The position numbers were made by a program, and so were the translations under genes. 64,000 nucleotides of DNA from Escherichia coli (GTDB taxonomy: Bacteria > Pseudomonadota > Gammaproteobacteria > Enterobacterales > Enterobacteriaceae). The number at the start of each line of letters is the position of its first letter. Positions within the stretch are counted from its first letter, which is position 1. Where the stretch lies: assembly GCF_024223415.1 (NCBI RefSeq), contig NZ_CP100501.1; one strand, written 5' to 3'. Below the pieces are notes generated by a model. The model was given only the letters and a program-made list of their open reading frames with translations. It had not been told where the DNA came from and ran no database searches. This document shows, in pieces, positions 51,501-61,495 of the stretch.

Positions 51501-52550
51501 TCCCTGTGCTTTTTCCTCCTCCGTAAAGGCCGGAATAATGACTTCGCCATTCGTGACTTCTGCGGCTTTTGTTGCACTAAAAACCCCCTTGTTAATTTCC
51601 CGTTGATGATCGTTGTCGGCACAGAAGACAAAGGGGCTGTCAGTCCAGATTTGGCGGGCATTTTCTGCCACGGCAATCATATTGCCGGCATCAACTGTCA
51701 TCAGAACCGGAAGGCCGGTGGCTTCGTGCAGGGAGGCGGCAGTAGCGTAACCTTCCGCAAATAACAGGGGACGGCCATTTTCCGGGGTTCCGAAGGTGAA
51801 CCAGTTGCCGGTTTTCTCGGAGTCTTTCAGAATGCGGGCATCCTTCCCGCCGGTGACCGGAATACGCTGGTACGAACGTATTTCCCCCCGGCCGTTGCTG
51901 AAGGGAATAACCAGCTCATTTTTATTGTTCAGCCGCACGCCAGGCGCGGCCCGGATGCCCTTGCGCGTCAGGTATTCATGTGCTGTTGCCTGTGGCAACC
52001 CGTTAATATAGGAGCGGGCATACCGGGCCTGTTTGTTGTACTGTTGCTGCAGTTTACGTGCGTTATCATCGCGCTGTTGCTGAGCGAATGCCCGCAGATG
52101 CAGTCTGGCCAGAGGATCGTGTTGTTCTCCGCCGGAAAATACCCAGTTTGTGGGACTGTCATCGGCGCTCCGGTAGTCGCGGTACCAGCCAGCGGGGCGC
52201 CCATCAAGATAGGCTTTGTATGCGCCACTTTTGGCCCCTTTTTTGTCATCCCGGGTGGCGACTCTGTGTATGGCGCCATCCATCTGTGGCAATCCCTGAA
52301 TAACCAGCCCGGCGTTTTCCAGGACCTGAGCAAATTCGGTGACCGGATCGCCGGCATCCATCGACAGTTCCTGCGGCCGGGGTAACCAGCGCTCCAGCAG
52401 AGAAAGTTCGGTACCTGCCCGGGCATACCAGAGTTTTTTTTCTGGATCCCATGCGACAGCTTTGCGGCCATTTAACGGGGGTACTGCATTTTTTACGGCT
52501 TCTGTCTCCTCAGGCGGGACAGCAAGCCAGGTACGATATCTGGACTTCAT
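48519..52550 (-). CDS. sog: Sog DNA primase (TOPRIM primase N-terminal domain, repeat-rich linker, C-terminal domain)
   Basis: 1343 aa; LLFAEGYATAASL TOPRIM-type motif; position between traL and traK as in IncI1. Confidence 0.85.
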   Translation of the reverse strand: MKSRYRTWLAVPPEETEAVKNAVPPLNGRKAVAWDPEKKLWYARAGTELSLLERWLPRPQELSMDAGDPVTEFAQVLENAGLVIQGLPQMDGAIHRVATRDDKKGAKSGAYKAYLDGRPAGWYRDYRSADDSPTNWVFSGGEQHDPLARLHLRAFAQQQRDDNARKLQQQYNKQARYARSYINGLPQATAHEYLTRKGIRAAPGVRLNNKNELVIPFSNGRGEIRSYQRIPVTGGKDARILKDSEKTGNWFTFGTPENGRPLLFAEGYATAASLHEATGLPVLMTVDAGNMIAVAENARQIWTDSPFVFCADNDHQREINKGVFSATKAAEVTNGEVIIPAFTEEEKAQGLTDFNDLDASRGRDDFQHVMNAQLKHIGIPTPNSDTADHREAVVIGNLIFTPVKDEKPQMSPENKQSTAPETVLATPDTPYDIHTEETENQAYEDDYAAYASLQSVTTETLSPDKPLENIASAADTGTENTSAATAGDQEDLNTDATGTDTAHNTNTAETGTLPEPAEIQPVQKSSPEPTAEDKPQESVIPAADTGEKNASATTADNQSVQAEELSPGDDTPETSVSDATGTQHTTTTQTEEQLQVSMASADDWSAFAEDLNADATVMTTAHHTDTTETASPSEPAGTQPVQQATPEATAENKPQEEDVLSATDTSEKSASAVPDNNRDAPPEELNADATVAATVHNTGTAETASPSEPAETQPVRQATAEPTAEDKLQEERPVSATETSTANEAAHPETPSLFSRLRRFLTGGKSRTSEPSVIQEKKPTEAETATEEVAPPSPPENSPEDTSSTEPDTIIFAPRRPDSPQRHNLDEIIKNLEHEELPDNTALYRVDGEPAFLDKLNRLEMVDGASADDKKVLAALAVATNFYGGVIELTGSDAFKQKAMQLIVEYDIKVRMKLPTQRAALEKLRQEKGMAHDAIVTHRPTPELNRLSPEETTMAQPAPPVSPKAETEQTAGSTAETPHPEAPVTAKAEAPRADTPEQPAAPSSSAGNVAVSAQPQQPDTPEEEPPGKLRPGESVTAVLTNYGEKEYAPGKGRCFFVELTNRSGKREYWGKGLEELVKNHQKGDPVTLTLQARERSPSSQGKPEWVRNIWTMKPVCNGISVSHDNPHEGQYIREYPAATFRQMMTLLQQGWPQLMQDVRLPDKVPDTLYLGEDRQPAAAPRDPALRVPLNGTPPATLTPLIFSVDKQSQRLDLLLLQSADEYMQGVVRLNGTLYPALATPTADSRQLVINAMTDRGLQFSGYGEAINRDADGPKRPAPQLMQFHLKQQDSPLFAAIHKPEEQPDKLFRSLGFEQTWKEWSDSQKAEDRQEKTLQQAQSHSPGR

Positions 52551-52613
52551 GTCGTTCTCCGGGGATTAAAGATGAGGGCGTTGTGATACGCCGGGATGAT
52601 GGACAAAAGAGGG

Positions 52614-52904
52614 CTATTCTGGTCCGTGCCATTCACGGGGTAATTCTGTGCGGTGTCGGTACCACCAGGGACGTCCTGATGCCTGCTTACCCTGAAGCAG
52701 GCTGTACAGACGTATACAGAGGGTGCGGACTGTCCAGCCGGAATATCCCAGGAGCATAAAAAACAGCAGAATGCCGCTGCACACCCAGAATGTCGTTTTT
52801 GACGGATACGGAAACAACAGCAGGTAAATCATGGTAAACGGCAGGGGGACACCATAAATGTTGAGCGGTGGAGTTACATCCCGCCAGAAGCCTTCGCGTT
52901 TCAT
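52614..52904 (-). CDS. traK: TraK (IcmT-like small membrane protein)
   Basis: 96 aa, hydrophobic; synteny. Confidence 0.5.
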   Translation of the reverse strand: MKREGFWRDVTPPLNIYGVPLPFTMIYLLLFPYPSKTTFWVCSGILLFFMLLGYSGWTVRTLCIRLYSLLQGKQASGRPWWYRHRTELPREWHGPE

Positions 52905-54049
52905 CGGGGGAACTCTCCGGCCGGGATGAAGAGCGCTGCTTCTGATTTCTCAATGCGGTCGTTCTGATACATGGTCAGAACCTGATCCCTTATCCGCCGT
53001 TTTTCCTGACGAATGATTTCGTCAATGTAATGTCCCCATGTTGCATGGGATTGTCCGGAGAGCGTATTGCGCAGTTCGTCAGTCATGACGATGTATTCCC
53101 GGACAGCCTGCCTGCCGCCGTCATTTGTTCTGACCAGTACCTGCACCAGAATGAACTGTACGAGGGAAAGCGTGGCTGCAGCCATCGAATCCCTGATTTC
53201 AGGAGGAAACAATCCCAGCAGGCGGGCAAAGGTTTCTCCGGGTGATTTTGTGTGCATGGTGCCGATACAAAAGTGTCCGGTATTACCCGCCTGGACTGCG
53301 GCATCTGCTGTTTCATAATCCCTGATTTCACCGATACCAATGATGTCCGGATTACGGCGAACGGCAGAGCGAAGTCCTGCAGCAAAACTTTCCACATCGC
53401 GCCCGATTTCGGCCTGATGGGGAGGCAGAAGGTCATTCTCTCCGCCCAGAATGTATTCCACCGGATCTTCATAGGTCACTATTTTGCGATCGGGGAAATT
53501 TTTCAGAATGTGGCGATACAGTGCCGCCGCCAGTGTGGATTTCCCGGAGCCGGTTTCTCCGCAGATGAAGCCCAGGCCGGTTTTTCTGAGCATGGCATCC
53601 AGCAGATCCGGTTCAATATTCATAGTGAGGATGTCCGGAATATCTGACGGGATCACCCGCATGGTGACGGAAATGGCTTTTTCTTCTGTTGCCGATGTTC
53701 CCTGTATCAGGTGGCAGCGCAGGCGAACACGCTGACCTCGTTGCAGGCCATAGCGACCGGAGGCATCTCCGCTGACCTGAATGGTACGATCCACGGGATG
53801 ACCTGACAGAACCCGGGGAAGAACCTCCCGCCCAAACAGCTCATCACTCAGTGCCATCATGATGGAGGACGGAAGGGGATTTACGGATGAGCGAACCCGC
53901 CGTCCAAAGCGACTGACGGATACCGGTGAACCGCCGGTCAGATCAATATCACTGACGCGGTGGCGGGCACACCAGGCAAAAAAATGGCGAAACTCTTCTG
54001 CCGTAAAACGGGAGAAGGGGAAGGTACCGAAGTCATCTGGTGATATCAT
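52901..54049 (-). CDS. traJ: TraJ (DotB/VirB11-like secretion ATPase)
   Basis: Walker A CGETGSGKST; synteny. Confidence 0.8.
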   Translation of the reverse strand: MISPDDFGTFPFSRFTAEEFRHFFAWCARHRVSDIDLTGGSPVSVSRFGRRVRSSVNPLPSSIMMALSDELFGREVLPRVLSGHPVDRTIQVSGDASGRYGLQRGQRVRLRCHLIQGTSATEEKAISVTMRVIPSDIPDILTMNIEPDLLDAMLRKTGLGFICGETGSGKSTLAAALYRHILKNFPDRKIVTYEDPVEYILGGENDLLPPHQAEIGRDVESFAAGLRSAVRRNPDIIGIGEIRDYETADAAVQAGNTGHFCIGTMHTKSPGETFARLLGLFPPEIRDSMAAATLSLVQFILVQVLVRTNDGGRQAVREYIVMTDELRNTLSGQSHATWGHYIDEIIRQEKRRIRDQVLTMYQNDRIEKSEAALFIPAGEFPR

Positions 54050-54869
54050 TTTTCTCTCCTTCGGTGCTGACAAGAGGGCGCCAGCGCGATTTCTGCAGCG
54101 TAAATTCAGCATGTGTTTTCAGGCGGCGGACGCGATCGCCAGTGATGAGTTTTTGCCCGTTGCCGGTAACCGTCTGCATCTGCTCTGTGACATCTGGACG
54201 TGTGATCATGCCCTGACGCCACAGAAGGGCGTAAAGCATCATGCCCCGGTAATCACGGGTCAGGCGCTTCTGATTAGCTTCCAGTGTGAGATCTGCGTTG
54301 AGGCGCCCTTCCTGCCATCCCTGACGTAAGGCGTTTTCCCATAGTCTGCGTTGTGCCCGGTCTTCCGGCACAACCCGGCCTTCAGTGCCTGGTGTGGCGG
54401 TGGTTGAGAGTCCTTTCAGCAGCCAGTCACGCCATCCAGGAGGATTACTGACAAAGCGTTCCGGGCGGAGGATAGTCCAGACACGGGAGGCTGTTCTTAT
54501 CTGGTCCGGTCTGATGTGTGCAACATCCTGCGCTTCATCGATAACAGGAGGCAGCCAGCCTTCCTTGCTGATGAGAGGCCGGAAATCATACAGGGCATTC
54601 AGGGTACTTTCCCGGGCATTCAGTGCCTGAATCAGTTCCCATGAGCGCTGTGCTTTTCCACCACGGAATCCCAGCGTTCTGCCGGCATCCGTGAGCATCT
54701 GACGACGGGTATCTGAAATACCATCATCCTGGTTGCCGGAGGGCGTCAGCCATGCACGGATATCCGGGGGCGGTGCGTTTTCTGTCATGACGGCAGAAGA
54801 ACGGTGATGCTGTCCGGCACAGCCTGTAAGCAGGAGAGCAGACAGCAGGAGACACAGGTGTGTTTTCAT
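54033..54869 (-). CDS. traI: TraI (DotC-like lipoprotein)
   Basis: Signal peptide with lipobox LLTGC; synteny. Confidence 0.7.
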   Translation of the reverse strand: MKTHLCLLLSALLLTGCAGQHHRSSAVMTENAPPPDIRAWLTPSGNQDDGISDTRRQMLTDAGRTLGFRGGKAQRSWELIQALNARESTLNALYDFRPLISKEGWLPPVIDEAQDVAHIRPDQIRTASRVWTILRPERFVSNPPGWRDWLLKGLSTTATPGTEGRVVPEDRAQRRLWENALRQGWQEGRLNADLTLEANQKRLTRDYRGMMLYALLWRQGMITRPDVTEQMQTVTGNGQKLITGDRVRRLKTHAEFTLQKSRWRPLVSTEGEKNDITR

Positions 54870-55318
54870 TTTTTCTCCGGCGTCATAAAAGACAGATGTA
54901 AACGCCCGGCTGACTGCGAGAGTGTTGCCCGCCAGGCAGTCTGGGCTTCAGTGAGACGAAGGACATCAGCAAAGGTCATGTCGCGGACGTGCAGTGAGAC
55001 GGGTAAGGGGAGACGGACGCCGCTGTAGCTGAACTGCTGGCCGCGCAGACGGGCCAGTTCGTTGAGCAATTCCAGGGCATCGCCTTCCCAGTCAAAGGAA
55101 ACACGGTCGCTGTGAGCCTTCAGACTGCCGCCGGACTGACGCTCCGGAAGGGCTGCAGAGTAAATTCCCTGCCCCCATAGCTGATACTGCGCATGCCGGG
55201 CGACGGCGACATCAGAGGCAGCACCATACTTTCTGGTCGGAGCTGTATTATCCGGGGGGAGATGGCAGCCGTTCAGGCAGAGTACGGCGAGACATCCCGC
55301 AGGTATCATACGGTTCAT
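54866..55318 (-). CDS. traH: TraH (DotD-like lipoprotein)
   Basis: Lipobox LNGC; 150 aa; synteny. Confidence 0.7.
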   Translation of the reverse strand: MNRMIPAGCLAVLCLNGCHLPPDNTAPTRKYGAASDVAVARHAQYQLWGQGIYSAALPERQSGGSLKAHSDRVSFDWEGDALELLNELARLRGQQFSYSGVRLPLPVSLHVRDMTFADVLRLTEAQTAWRATLSQSAGRLHLSFMTPEKK

Positions 55319-55676
55319 GGTGTATTTTTCCTGAGCAGTGAAAGAAGAAAGCGTTGTGGGGAGGATTTACTGGTTCGTGTTTTTGCTGAATGGCTGGAAC
55401 ACCTCAGAGGGTGACAGTGCTACCCGGATACAAATATCGTTTGCTATCACGATATTACATTCGTTAGCTGTCGGATCCCGGAACGGTTCCACCATAAAGG
55501 CTTTGTTTTCGATATGCGTTTTATTTTTGTTAAACATGCATTTCCTCATGCGAAAATGATATGTCAGATAACAGCCAGATCAGAGGCAGCACTACAGGTC
55601 TGGCTGTGTCGTTTGATGGTCGGAAAACGCGAGGATGCAGGTCTGGATACCCCGGTCAGTACCGGGGCAGAGATGA

Positions 55677-56879
55677 TCAGAATGTGAACTGCAGTTGTGC
55701 AACGGCACCGTAGTTGTTGTCTGTGCCTGCTATACCCGCCACATCAATATGGACGACATCAAATGGTGAGATACCCAGCCCGGCGGTGAACGCACTGCCA
55801 TCATTGCTGGCCAGATTCTGGCGGTAGCCTGCACGTAACTGTGCCCATTTCCAGGCATTAAATTCAGCACCAATGGCAGCAAACTGACGTTTACTGTCTG
55901 ATGTGAAGCCACTGGCCGGGGTCAGGTCAACATCCAGTGCTGTAGTGAACATGTCGTTGTGCCAGGAGACACCGGCAGTCACCTGCGGGCGGATCCTGAA
56001 AGTTTCAGTGACACCGTTCACTTCTTTTGTCTCAATACTGCGGGGGAGCAGGTTCTGTGCGACCAGACCCAGTGTCCAGTTGTCATCCAGGTCCATGCTG
56101 GCCCCGATATCAGCGTTAATGCCGTTTCTGGTGTTGTGGTAACGGTCGCCTTTGAAAGCGCTGCTGTCGTAATTTTTAACCAGCACGTTGTAGCTAAACA
56201 GGTCAACACGCTGGAATTTTGGTGTGAAGCCCAGAGACCACTTTTGTCCGGCCGTTTCCAGTTCAGTAGCCAGAGCAATACCCACATCGGTGACCAGTGC
56301 GGCACGGGCAAAAGCCTGAGAGGTCAGTCTGTCTTTATCCACATCCTGACCGTTACTGTTTGCAATGCTTTCCAGATAGTTCAGGTCGGCATCACTGACT
56401 TTACCGTCGACACTGACCGTACCGTAGCTTTTCAGCATCAGAGCGGCAGCGAGGGTGTCACCGGGAAGAGTCGCCACAGCAGATGTTCCCACCTGTGCGT
56501 CAGCATGCGTGTGACGGAAGTCCTGAAGTCGCGTCTTCAGACGTGCAGCAGTCTGCGACACGTTGCTCTGACTGTCGATGGCACGATCAAAGGCTTTCCA
56601 GTCATCACTGATTTTGTCTGCGTTGTCACTGATATTACCCGGATCGGACAATTGCCCACCAACGGACGGAATCAGAAGACTGAAGTCATCTTCCGGACCG
56701 GCTTTTGTCAGCAGGGCCGGGTTTGCCAGAGGTGCCACACCGTAGTGAGAGGAGGCTACCCCGGTTCCCCCCATTGCATCATTGCGGGCTTCAAAATATG
56801 AAGTTGCGGCTGTTGAATTAAAGGAAAATAAAACAGCAGATGCGATGAGAGTTCGGGTAATGTGCATATTCATCATCAT
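55677..56879 (-). CDS. traF: TraF-like outer-membrane beta-barrel protein
   Basis: Signal peptide; C-terminal ...QLQFTF (aromatic terminal residue typical of OMPs); synteny. Confidence 0.6.
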   Translation of the reverse strand: MMMNMHITRTLIASAVLFSFNSTAATSYFEARNDAMGGTGVASSHYGVAPLANPALLTKAGPEDDFSLLIPSVGGQLSDPGNISDNADKISDDWKAFDRAIDSQSNVSQTAARLKTRLQDFRHTHADAQVGTSAVATLPGDTLAAALMLKSYGTVSVDGKVSDADLNYLESIANSNGQDVDKDRLTSQAFARAALVTDVGIALATELETAGQKWSLGFTPKFQRVDLFSYNVLVKNYDSSAFKGDRYHNTRNGINADIGASMDLDDNWTLGLVAQNLLPRSIETKEVNGVTETFRIRPQVTAGVSWHNDMFTTALDVDLTPASGFTSDSKRQFAAIGAEFNAWKWAQLRAGYRQNLASNDGSAFTAGLGISPFDVVHIDVAGIAGTDNNYGAVAQLQFTF

Positions 56880-56968
56880 TTCAGTTTCCTGGTTTGAGGT
56901 GTTTTGGGTACAGCAACGGTATGACACGACTGTGCCATTAAAAATTTACTGGTTTTTTCTCTGCGTTA

Positions 56969-57790
56969 TTACCAGGGTAATAACGGTATACTGAATAACT
57001 CAGCAGGTAATATTTTTCCTGTCATCAGATATTCTGCCTGTGCCGGACGAAGCGTTACGGTCCGGACGGATGTCTTTGCATATAAATTGCGGGCAGTGTG
57101 AAACCAGTTTTCTTTTTCCTTATTCATTCTTACAGGTGATAAAGAAAGTACAGGATAAATGATGGCTTTATTAATTTCTTTTTTCTTGCGGAACAGTACA
57201 CCGCAATATTCCTGTGAATGAACACCGGCAAAAGGAAAACTGTGCCAGATAATAATATCCACATTATCGCTGGCTGAAATAAGCTGGCAGAACGCATCCT
57301 GTGTTGCTGGCCACTCACCGGCACGGCTTAAAGGATAACGTACCCTGCCGTTCAGCCATTCCGGGTTGAGATAAAACCAGTCAGCCAGAGCAGTCAGAAT
57401 CTCTCCTGTCAGATAATCTGCGAGTTTGTCCGGGTCACGGAAAACGGCAGGACGGATATTCCAGGGAGCCAGTAACGTTGTCATCGTTGTTACGCAGACA
57501 TCATGTGCCTGCATGATGTGTTCTGTCCGGCAGATAAGACGGTGAACGATGTTTTCAGCCGGGAGAAACATTTCAGTTAATGCATCTTCGACCAGGATAC
57601 GCGTCAGGTCGGATACAGAAAGGGAGAGTTGCTCGCTCATTATTCCGAGTGCTTCTCTGACGCCCTGCGGATAACGGATCTGCAGGGGAGTGGACTGCAA
57701 CTGGCGGTTATTGAGCAGAGCTTCACTAATCCGGGCCCTGTCAATGGAGAGCATCATGCGGGCAGCAATGCCTGTGCTGTTGGGTTTCAT
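56969..57790 (-). CDS. traE: TraE-like protein
   Basis: 273 aa; synteny only. Confidence 0.5.
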   Translation of the reverse strand: MKPNSTGIAARMMLSIDRARISEALLNNRQLQSTPLQIRYPQGVREALGIMSEQLSLSVSDLTRILVEDALTEMFLPAENIVHRLICRTEHIMQAHDVCVTTMTTLLAPWNIRPAVFRDPDKLADYLTGEILTALADWFYLNPEWLNGRVRYPLSRAGEWPATQDAFCQLISASDNVDIIIWHSFPFAGVHSQEYCGVLFRKKKEINKAIIYPVLSLSPVRMNKEKENWFHTARNLYAKTSVRTVTLRPAQAEYLMTGKILPAELFSIPLLPW

Positions 57791-58049
57791 TTCACCTCCG
57801 TGCGGTTCATATGTTAAGTCTAAAGAGCGTGTTTACTGAACGGAAACGAGTTATTTCGATCGTTATGATCGAGTGTGTTTCAAGAGTGCTTTTAACTCTG
57901 TTTTAAGCGTGAATGAAAAGGATTCGGACAGGACGTGATTTAGTATGCCGCTGGTCTGGCATTATGCTGCAGAGCAGACGGAGTCAGGAGATTGAAAGTA
58001 TTTCGTTATATAATCTTTTCCTTTTCGGGATGAAATCAACGAGGTTCGT

Positions 58050-58370
58050 ATGAAAATTAAACAGCATAAAGAAAAACTGGAGATTATAAGGGATATTATT
58101 CGAGAGACGCTGTTGGGTAATGCTGCTCTTATTGTTCTGGCAGCCATGGTTCCGGTTGTACTGGTGAAACCATGGGATTCGATGACATTTATTTTTATGG
58201 GGGCCGTGTGTGTTTCTTTTGCAGTCATTCTGTTTTGGCTGGTTTATATAGTTTGTTTGTATATAGGAACGCTTGTAAAGAATATTTTTATAAGGATTTT
58301 TGCTTTTTCTATTTGGGCCCTTTCTGCTGAGGGGGCAATTATTTATAACATGATAAAGATATTATCATAG
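58050..58370 (+). CDS. hypothetical AT-rich small membrane protein (106 aa)
   Basis: ORF with 2 predicted TM helices; no RBS check possible. Confidence 0.3.
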   Translation: MKIKQHKEKLEIIRDIIRETLLGNAALIVLAAMVPVVLVKPWDSMTFIFMGAVCVSFAVILFWLVYIVCLYIGTLVKNIFIRIFAFSIWALSAEGAIIYNMIKILS

Positions 58371-58461
58371 AAAAGTTGTTTATATATTGGCTCTATGTAA
58401 AAAGAATGGTACCTCTGCCAGAGTTCCCGGCGTTATTTTTATGTGTTGGGGCCATGAATGT

Positions 58462-58782
58462 TTATTTGGCATCCCTTATCTCGCCCATTAGCAGGCGGAT
58501 ACGCAGCCAGGTGTCATGATCCAGAACAGGTGATGGTGTTACCATGCAAGCACAGTGCCCGATGGCGAGCGTATCAAGGAAGCGTTTTGCATCGCTGGCA
58601 CTTTCATATTCACCAGTATGGATCAACATCCACCTTTGCCCCAACGCTGATTCGGTGTGAATTGGTTGCGAGAATGCGATTGTGTAAACGTCTTCAATTG
58701 TAACGATACGATTATTATCCGCAGTGGCTGCACGGGAGGATAAGTGTTTCATAAAGGGTCTCATAGCGTTAATTTTGAACAA
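58462..58782 (-). CDS. hypothetical protein (106 aa)
   Basis: ORF directly downstream of rci. Confidence 0.35.
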   Translation of the reverse strand: MFKINAMRPFMKHLSSRAATADNNRIVTIEDVYTIAFSQPIHTESALGQRWMLIHTGEYESASDAKRFLDTLAIGHCACMVTPSPVLDHDTWLRIRLLMGEIRDAK

Positions 58783-58793
58783 AAATTATTTGT

Positions 58794-59963
58794 TCAGGAG
58801 GAGGATATGAAAATACTGTTCGCTTTTGTCATGAACTGGCTGTTTGTTAACGGACAAATCATGACCCGTTCATCAATGTTTGCGGGTAGCTCGCCTGGTG
58901 TGGGGACGCGTTCACCCCGCTGAGCAGCCTGGGCCAGTGCGCGCAGCAACAATACGCTGGCGTGAGATATTGCCAGTTCCCGGGTTTCAGCACGGCTTTC
59001 AAGGTCGAAATCGTGCAGTGTCACAATGAACACTCCGTTTCTGTTTCTGACAGTTGCAGGGTAGGGAACAAAATAAGGGGAAATTTTGCTGGTCTGTTTA
59101 CGCCTTGCATCGAGTTTACTGACCAGGTGATATGCCCGGAGATGTGTGTACCGTTTCAACATGTTCAGGGAGCGGTGACCGGAAATGGCTGCAATCTCCA
59201 TAACGTTCAGTGTGCCGAGCTCGAACAGACGGCTGATGGCCTCATGGCGGAGATCGTGAAAATGCAGATTTTCTATTTTCAGATCCAGAAGAGCGGTACG
59301 CCAGGCGCTTTTGAAACCGGACGAGGTGTAATTGAACACATTGCCGTTTATCTGTTGTGGCAGAATTTGCAGGTAGTTACGTGCTTTCCGGGAGAGTGGT
59401 ACGTCGCGTGGTGAGCCATTTTTCGTTTCAGGAAGATGCGCCACGCCGTGCTGCAAATCGAGGTGTTCCCAGCGTAATGAGAGAATTTCTCCCTGGCGCA
59501 TTGCTGTTTCCAGAGCCAGATGGAAGATAACGTAGAGCTGCGGATTTTTGTCCCTGAAATAGCGGGAAAGGCGGCGTTCTTCACCAGAAGTCAGTCGGCG
59601 GTCGCGGCCATTACTGATTTTCGGTTTTCGGACCAGTTCAACAGGATTCATACGGCATGTTCCCCATTCCACACGGGCGATATTGAATAATGATGATAAA
59701 AGGGCAAGTTCAAGACGGACGGTATTTCCGGTGATTTGACGCCCTGTTCGTGGGTTAATTTGAGCTAAACGCTGATCCCGGTAACCGGCGATATCAATGG
59801 TAGTGATTTCATCCATATAGCGCTCGGCCATAGGGTGACGTTTAATCACATTGACGCGATAAAACTCCTGCAGATGACCTTTTTTATGGACGGAAACGGT
59901 TTTCAGGTATTTGTCCAGCGCCCGGTTGAGAGTCATTTTGCGAATTTTGATTTTTCGAAACAT
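58794..59963 (-). CDS. rci: Rci shufflon-specific tyrosine recombinase
   Basis: [30 protein letters not shown]...; tyrosine recombinase motifs (HDLRH, ...Y); adjacent to shufflon. Confidence 0.85.
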   Translation of the reverse strand: MFRKIKIRKMTLNRALDKYLKTVSVHKKGHLQEFYRVNVIKRHPMAERYMDEITTIDIAGYRDQRLAQINPRTGRQITGNTVRLELALLSSLFNIARVEWGTCRMNPVELVRKPKISNGRDRRLTSGEERRLSRYFRDKNPQLYVIFHLALETAMRQGEILSLRWEHLDLQHGVAHLPETKNGSPRDVPLSRKARNYLQILPQQINGNVFNYTSSGFKSAWRTALLDLKIENLHFHDLRHEAISRLFELGTLNVMEIAAISGHRSLNMLKRYTHLRAYHLVSKLDARRKQTSKISPYFVPYPATVRNRNGVFIVTLHDFDLESRAETRELAISHASVLLLRALAQAAQRGERVPTPGELPANIDERVMICPLTNSQFMTKANSIFISSS

Positions 59964-60025
59964 ATCTGCCTTCCACGATAAAAACGGGGAAGGTAGGAAT
60001 AGTGAAACGGAAATGCAATATCGCC

Positions 60026-60512
60026 GTGCCAATCCGGTTTGTGGCTTGGAGGCAATAAAGTGAACTATTCTGCCTGTAAATGGTATGAAGCGACCTCCGC
60101 ACATTTTATCGGTGGCAGAAGTGGAGGTTCTATTTATTACAAGCCGATTCAGTGCCCTGCCGGGTACGTCATGACAGGTACAAGAATGTACGGCATCGGA
60201 GATGGTGTTGATGAAGAGCACGTCGATGCTTACTGTTGCCCTTTTGGTTAGATTCCGGCACCAGGAAGGTTGAGGCATGTGACTGATATGGTCCCACCAG
60301 ACTCATAATTTCCCCAAGCATAATTACTCACATACCAAACGTTGTTTTGGTCGGAATATACCTGTTGAAAACCACCAAAGGGTGAGCCATTCAGGTAAGT
60401 CCATGAGCAATATGCATGGACCCCGAGCCTTAAATTACGAGTGTTTTTAGCTATGTTGTAGGTCTGCGTTGTGAATTGAATTTTAGGAGCGCCCCAGGTA
60501 CCGGATTGGCAC
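60026..60512. other. shufflon: invertible segment bounded by inverted 19-bp sfx repeats
   Basis: gtgccaatccggtttgtgg at 60026-60044 and its inverted copy gtgccaatccggtacctgg (revcomp) at 60494-60512; both placed in-frame at the CQSG codons of pilV. Confidence 0.7.
60027..60251 (+). CDS. alternative PilV C-terminal segment (silent orientation)
   Basis: Frame through repeat reads [19 protein letters not shown]...CCPFG; would fuse to pilV after inversion. Confidence 0.55.
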   Translation, partial: CQSGLWLGGNKVNYSACKWYEATSAHFIGGRSGGSIYYKPIQCPAGYVMTGTRMYGIGDGVDEEHVDAYCCPFG

Positions 60513-61495
60513 GAAAGTATTGCCCCTTTACTGTCGCGGCCTACAAGTCCGTCCGGTGAGCAGGAAGTACCTGCGGTGGCTGTTTTTTCCAGCTGTAAAT
60601 ACTCACCTGTGGAAAGACGACCGTCAGACCGGATCGTTCCACCGCTGACTTTGCCCCCTTTGATTTCACCACCGGTGGTGATCCCTTTGTTATTGACGGC
60701 GCGTATCCACTGGCTGTCCGTCATGGTGAAACCGCCTCCGTGCGTCGTGTTCATCCACCCCTTGTTGTTTCTGGTGATAAGCCAGCCGTCTTCGCTGGTT
60801 ATATAGCCTTTCACCGTGGCTTTCTGACCATTGAGGTTACCGGCGTTATTGATGTCATTTCCGCCCATGTTGATAGCTGTGTGCATCTGGTTCAGCTCTG
60901 ATCTCCCCGGGACCTGGAAACGATACAACCTGTCGCTTTCCTGCAGATCATCACCCGTCATGACGACGGCAATGTGACCTGCCGAACAGGTGAGTCCGTA
61001 ATCCCCCGGTTTGTCTGTCCAGGCGCCGAATGCGCCGGTTGCTGTTCCGTTTTTACCAATATAACCACCCAGCCCGGGAAGCAGTCCTGCCACACTGCGC
61101 AGACCATCTTCTTTGATATTCTGCCCCCCTGTTGAGCAGGTCAGGGCTTCAAGACGTCCTGTAGTCTGGTTACGGCGGATACCCGTGATATAACTCTGCC
61201 CAAACGGAGAATGATTAAATCCCTGTTTCAGGTATCCCTTGCGAATCAAATCATCGGCTGTAAAGTTTGCCGGAAGGCTGCCGTTGTGCAGAGTGGCATT
61301 GTTATCGGCAATGTAATTTCTGGCTGCGGTATTGTAGGCATCTGCATGAGAAGCAGCACTCTGGTAAAGCTGTTCATTCAGCCAGTTTTCTATTTCGGAA
61401 TAAATCAGCGGCGTGGCGATACCAATCACTATCAGTCCCGCCAGTATTTCAAGCAGAATAAAACCTTTGTCGTCATCGTGTCTGAACTTTTTCAC
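60248..61495 (-). CDS. pilV: PilV, type IV pilus minor pilin/adhesin with shufflon-encoded C-terminus
   Basis: Type IV pilin N-terminus [18 protein letters not shown]; C-terminal 80 aa lie inside the invertible segment. Confidence 0.85.
   Translation of the reverse strand: MKKFRHDDDKGFILLEILAGLIVIGIATPLIYSEIENWLNEQLYQSAASHADAYNTAARNYIADNNATLHNGSLPANFTADDLIRKGYLKQGFNHSPFGQSYITGIRRNQTTGRLEALTCSTGGQNIKEDGLRSVAGLLPGLGGYIGKNGTATGAFGAWTDKPGDYGLTCSAGHIAVVMTGDDLQESDRLYRFQVPGRSELNQMHTAINMGGNDINNAGNLNGQKATVKGYITSEDGWLITRNNKGWMNTTHGGGFTMTDSQWIRAVNNKGITTGGEIKGGKVSGGTIRSDGRLSTGEYLQLEKTATAGTSCSPDGLVGRDSKGAILSCQSGTWGAPKIQFTTQTYNIAKNTRNLRLGVHAYCSWTYLNGSPFGGFQQVYSDQNNVWYVSNYAWGNYESGGTISVTCLNLPGAGI

Noticed and set aside
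55367-55549. 60-aa ORF between traF and traH, considered as traG
   Set aside because: Too short relative to the size I recall for TraG and no start context; the true gene may use a different start or frame that I could not resolve by eye
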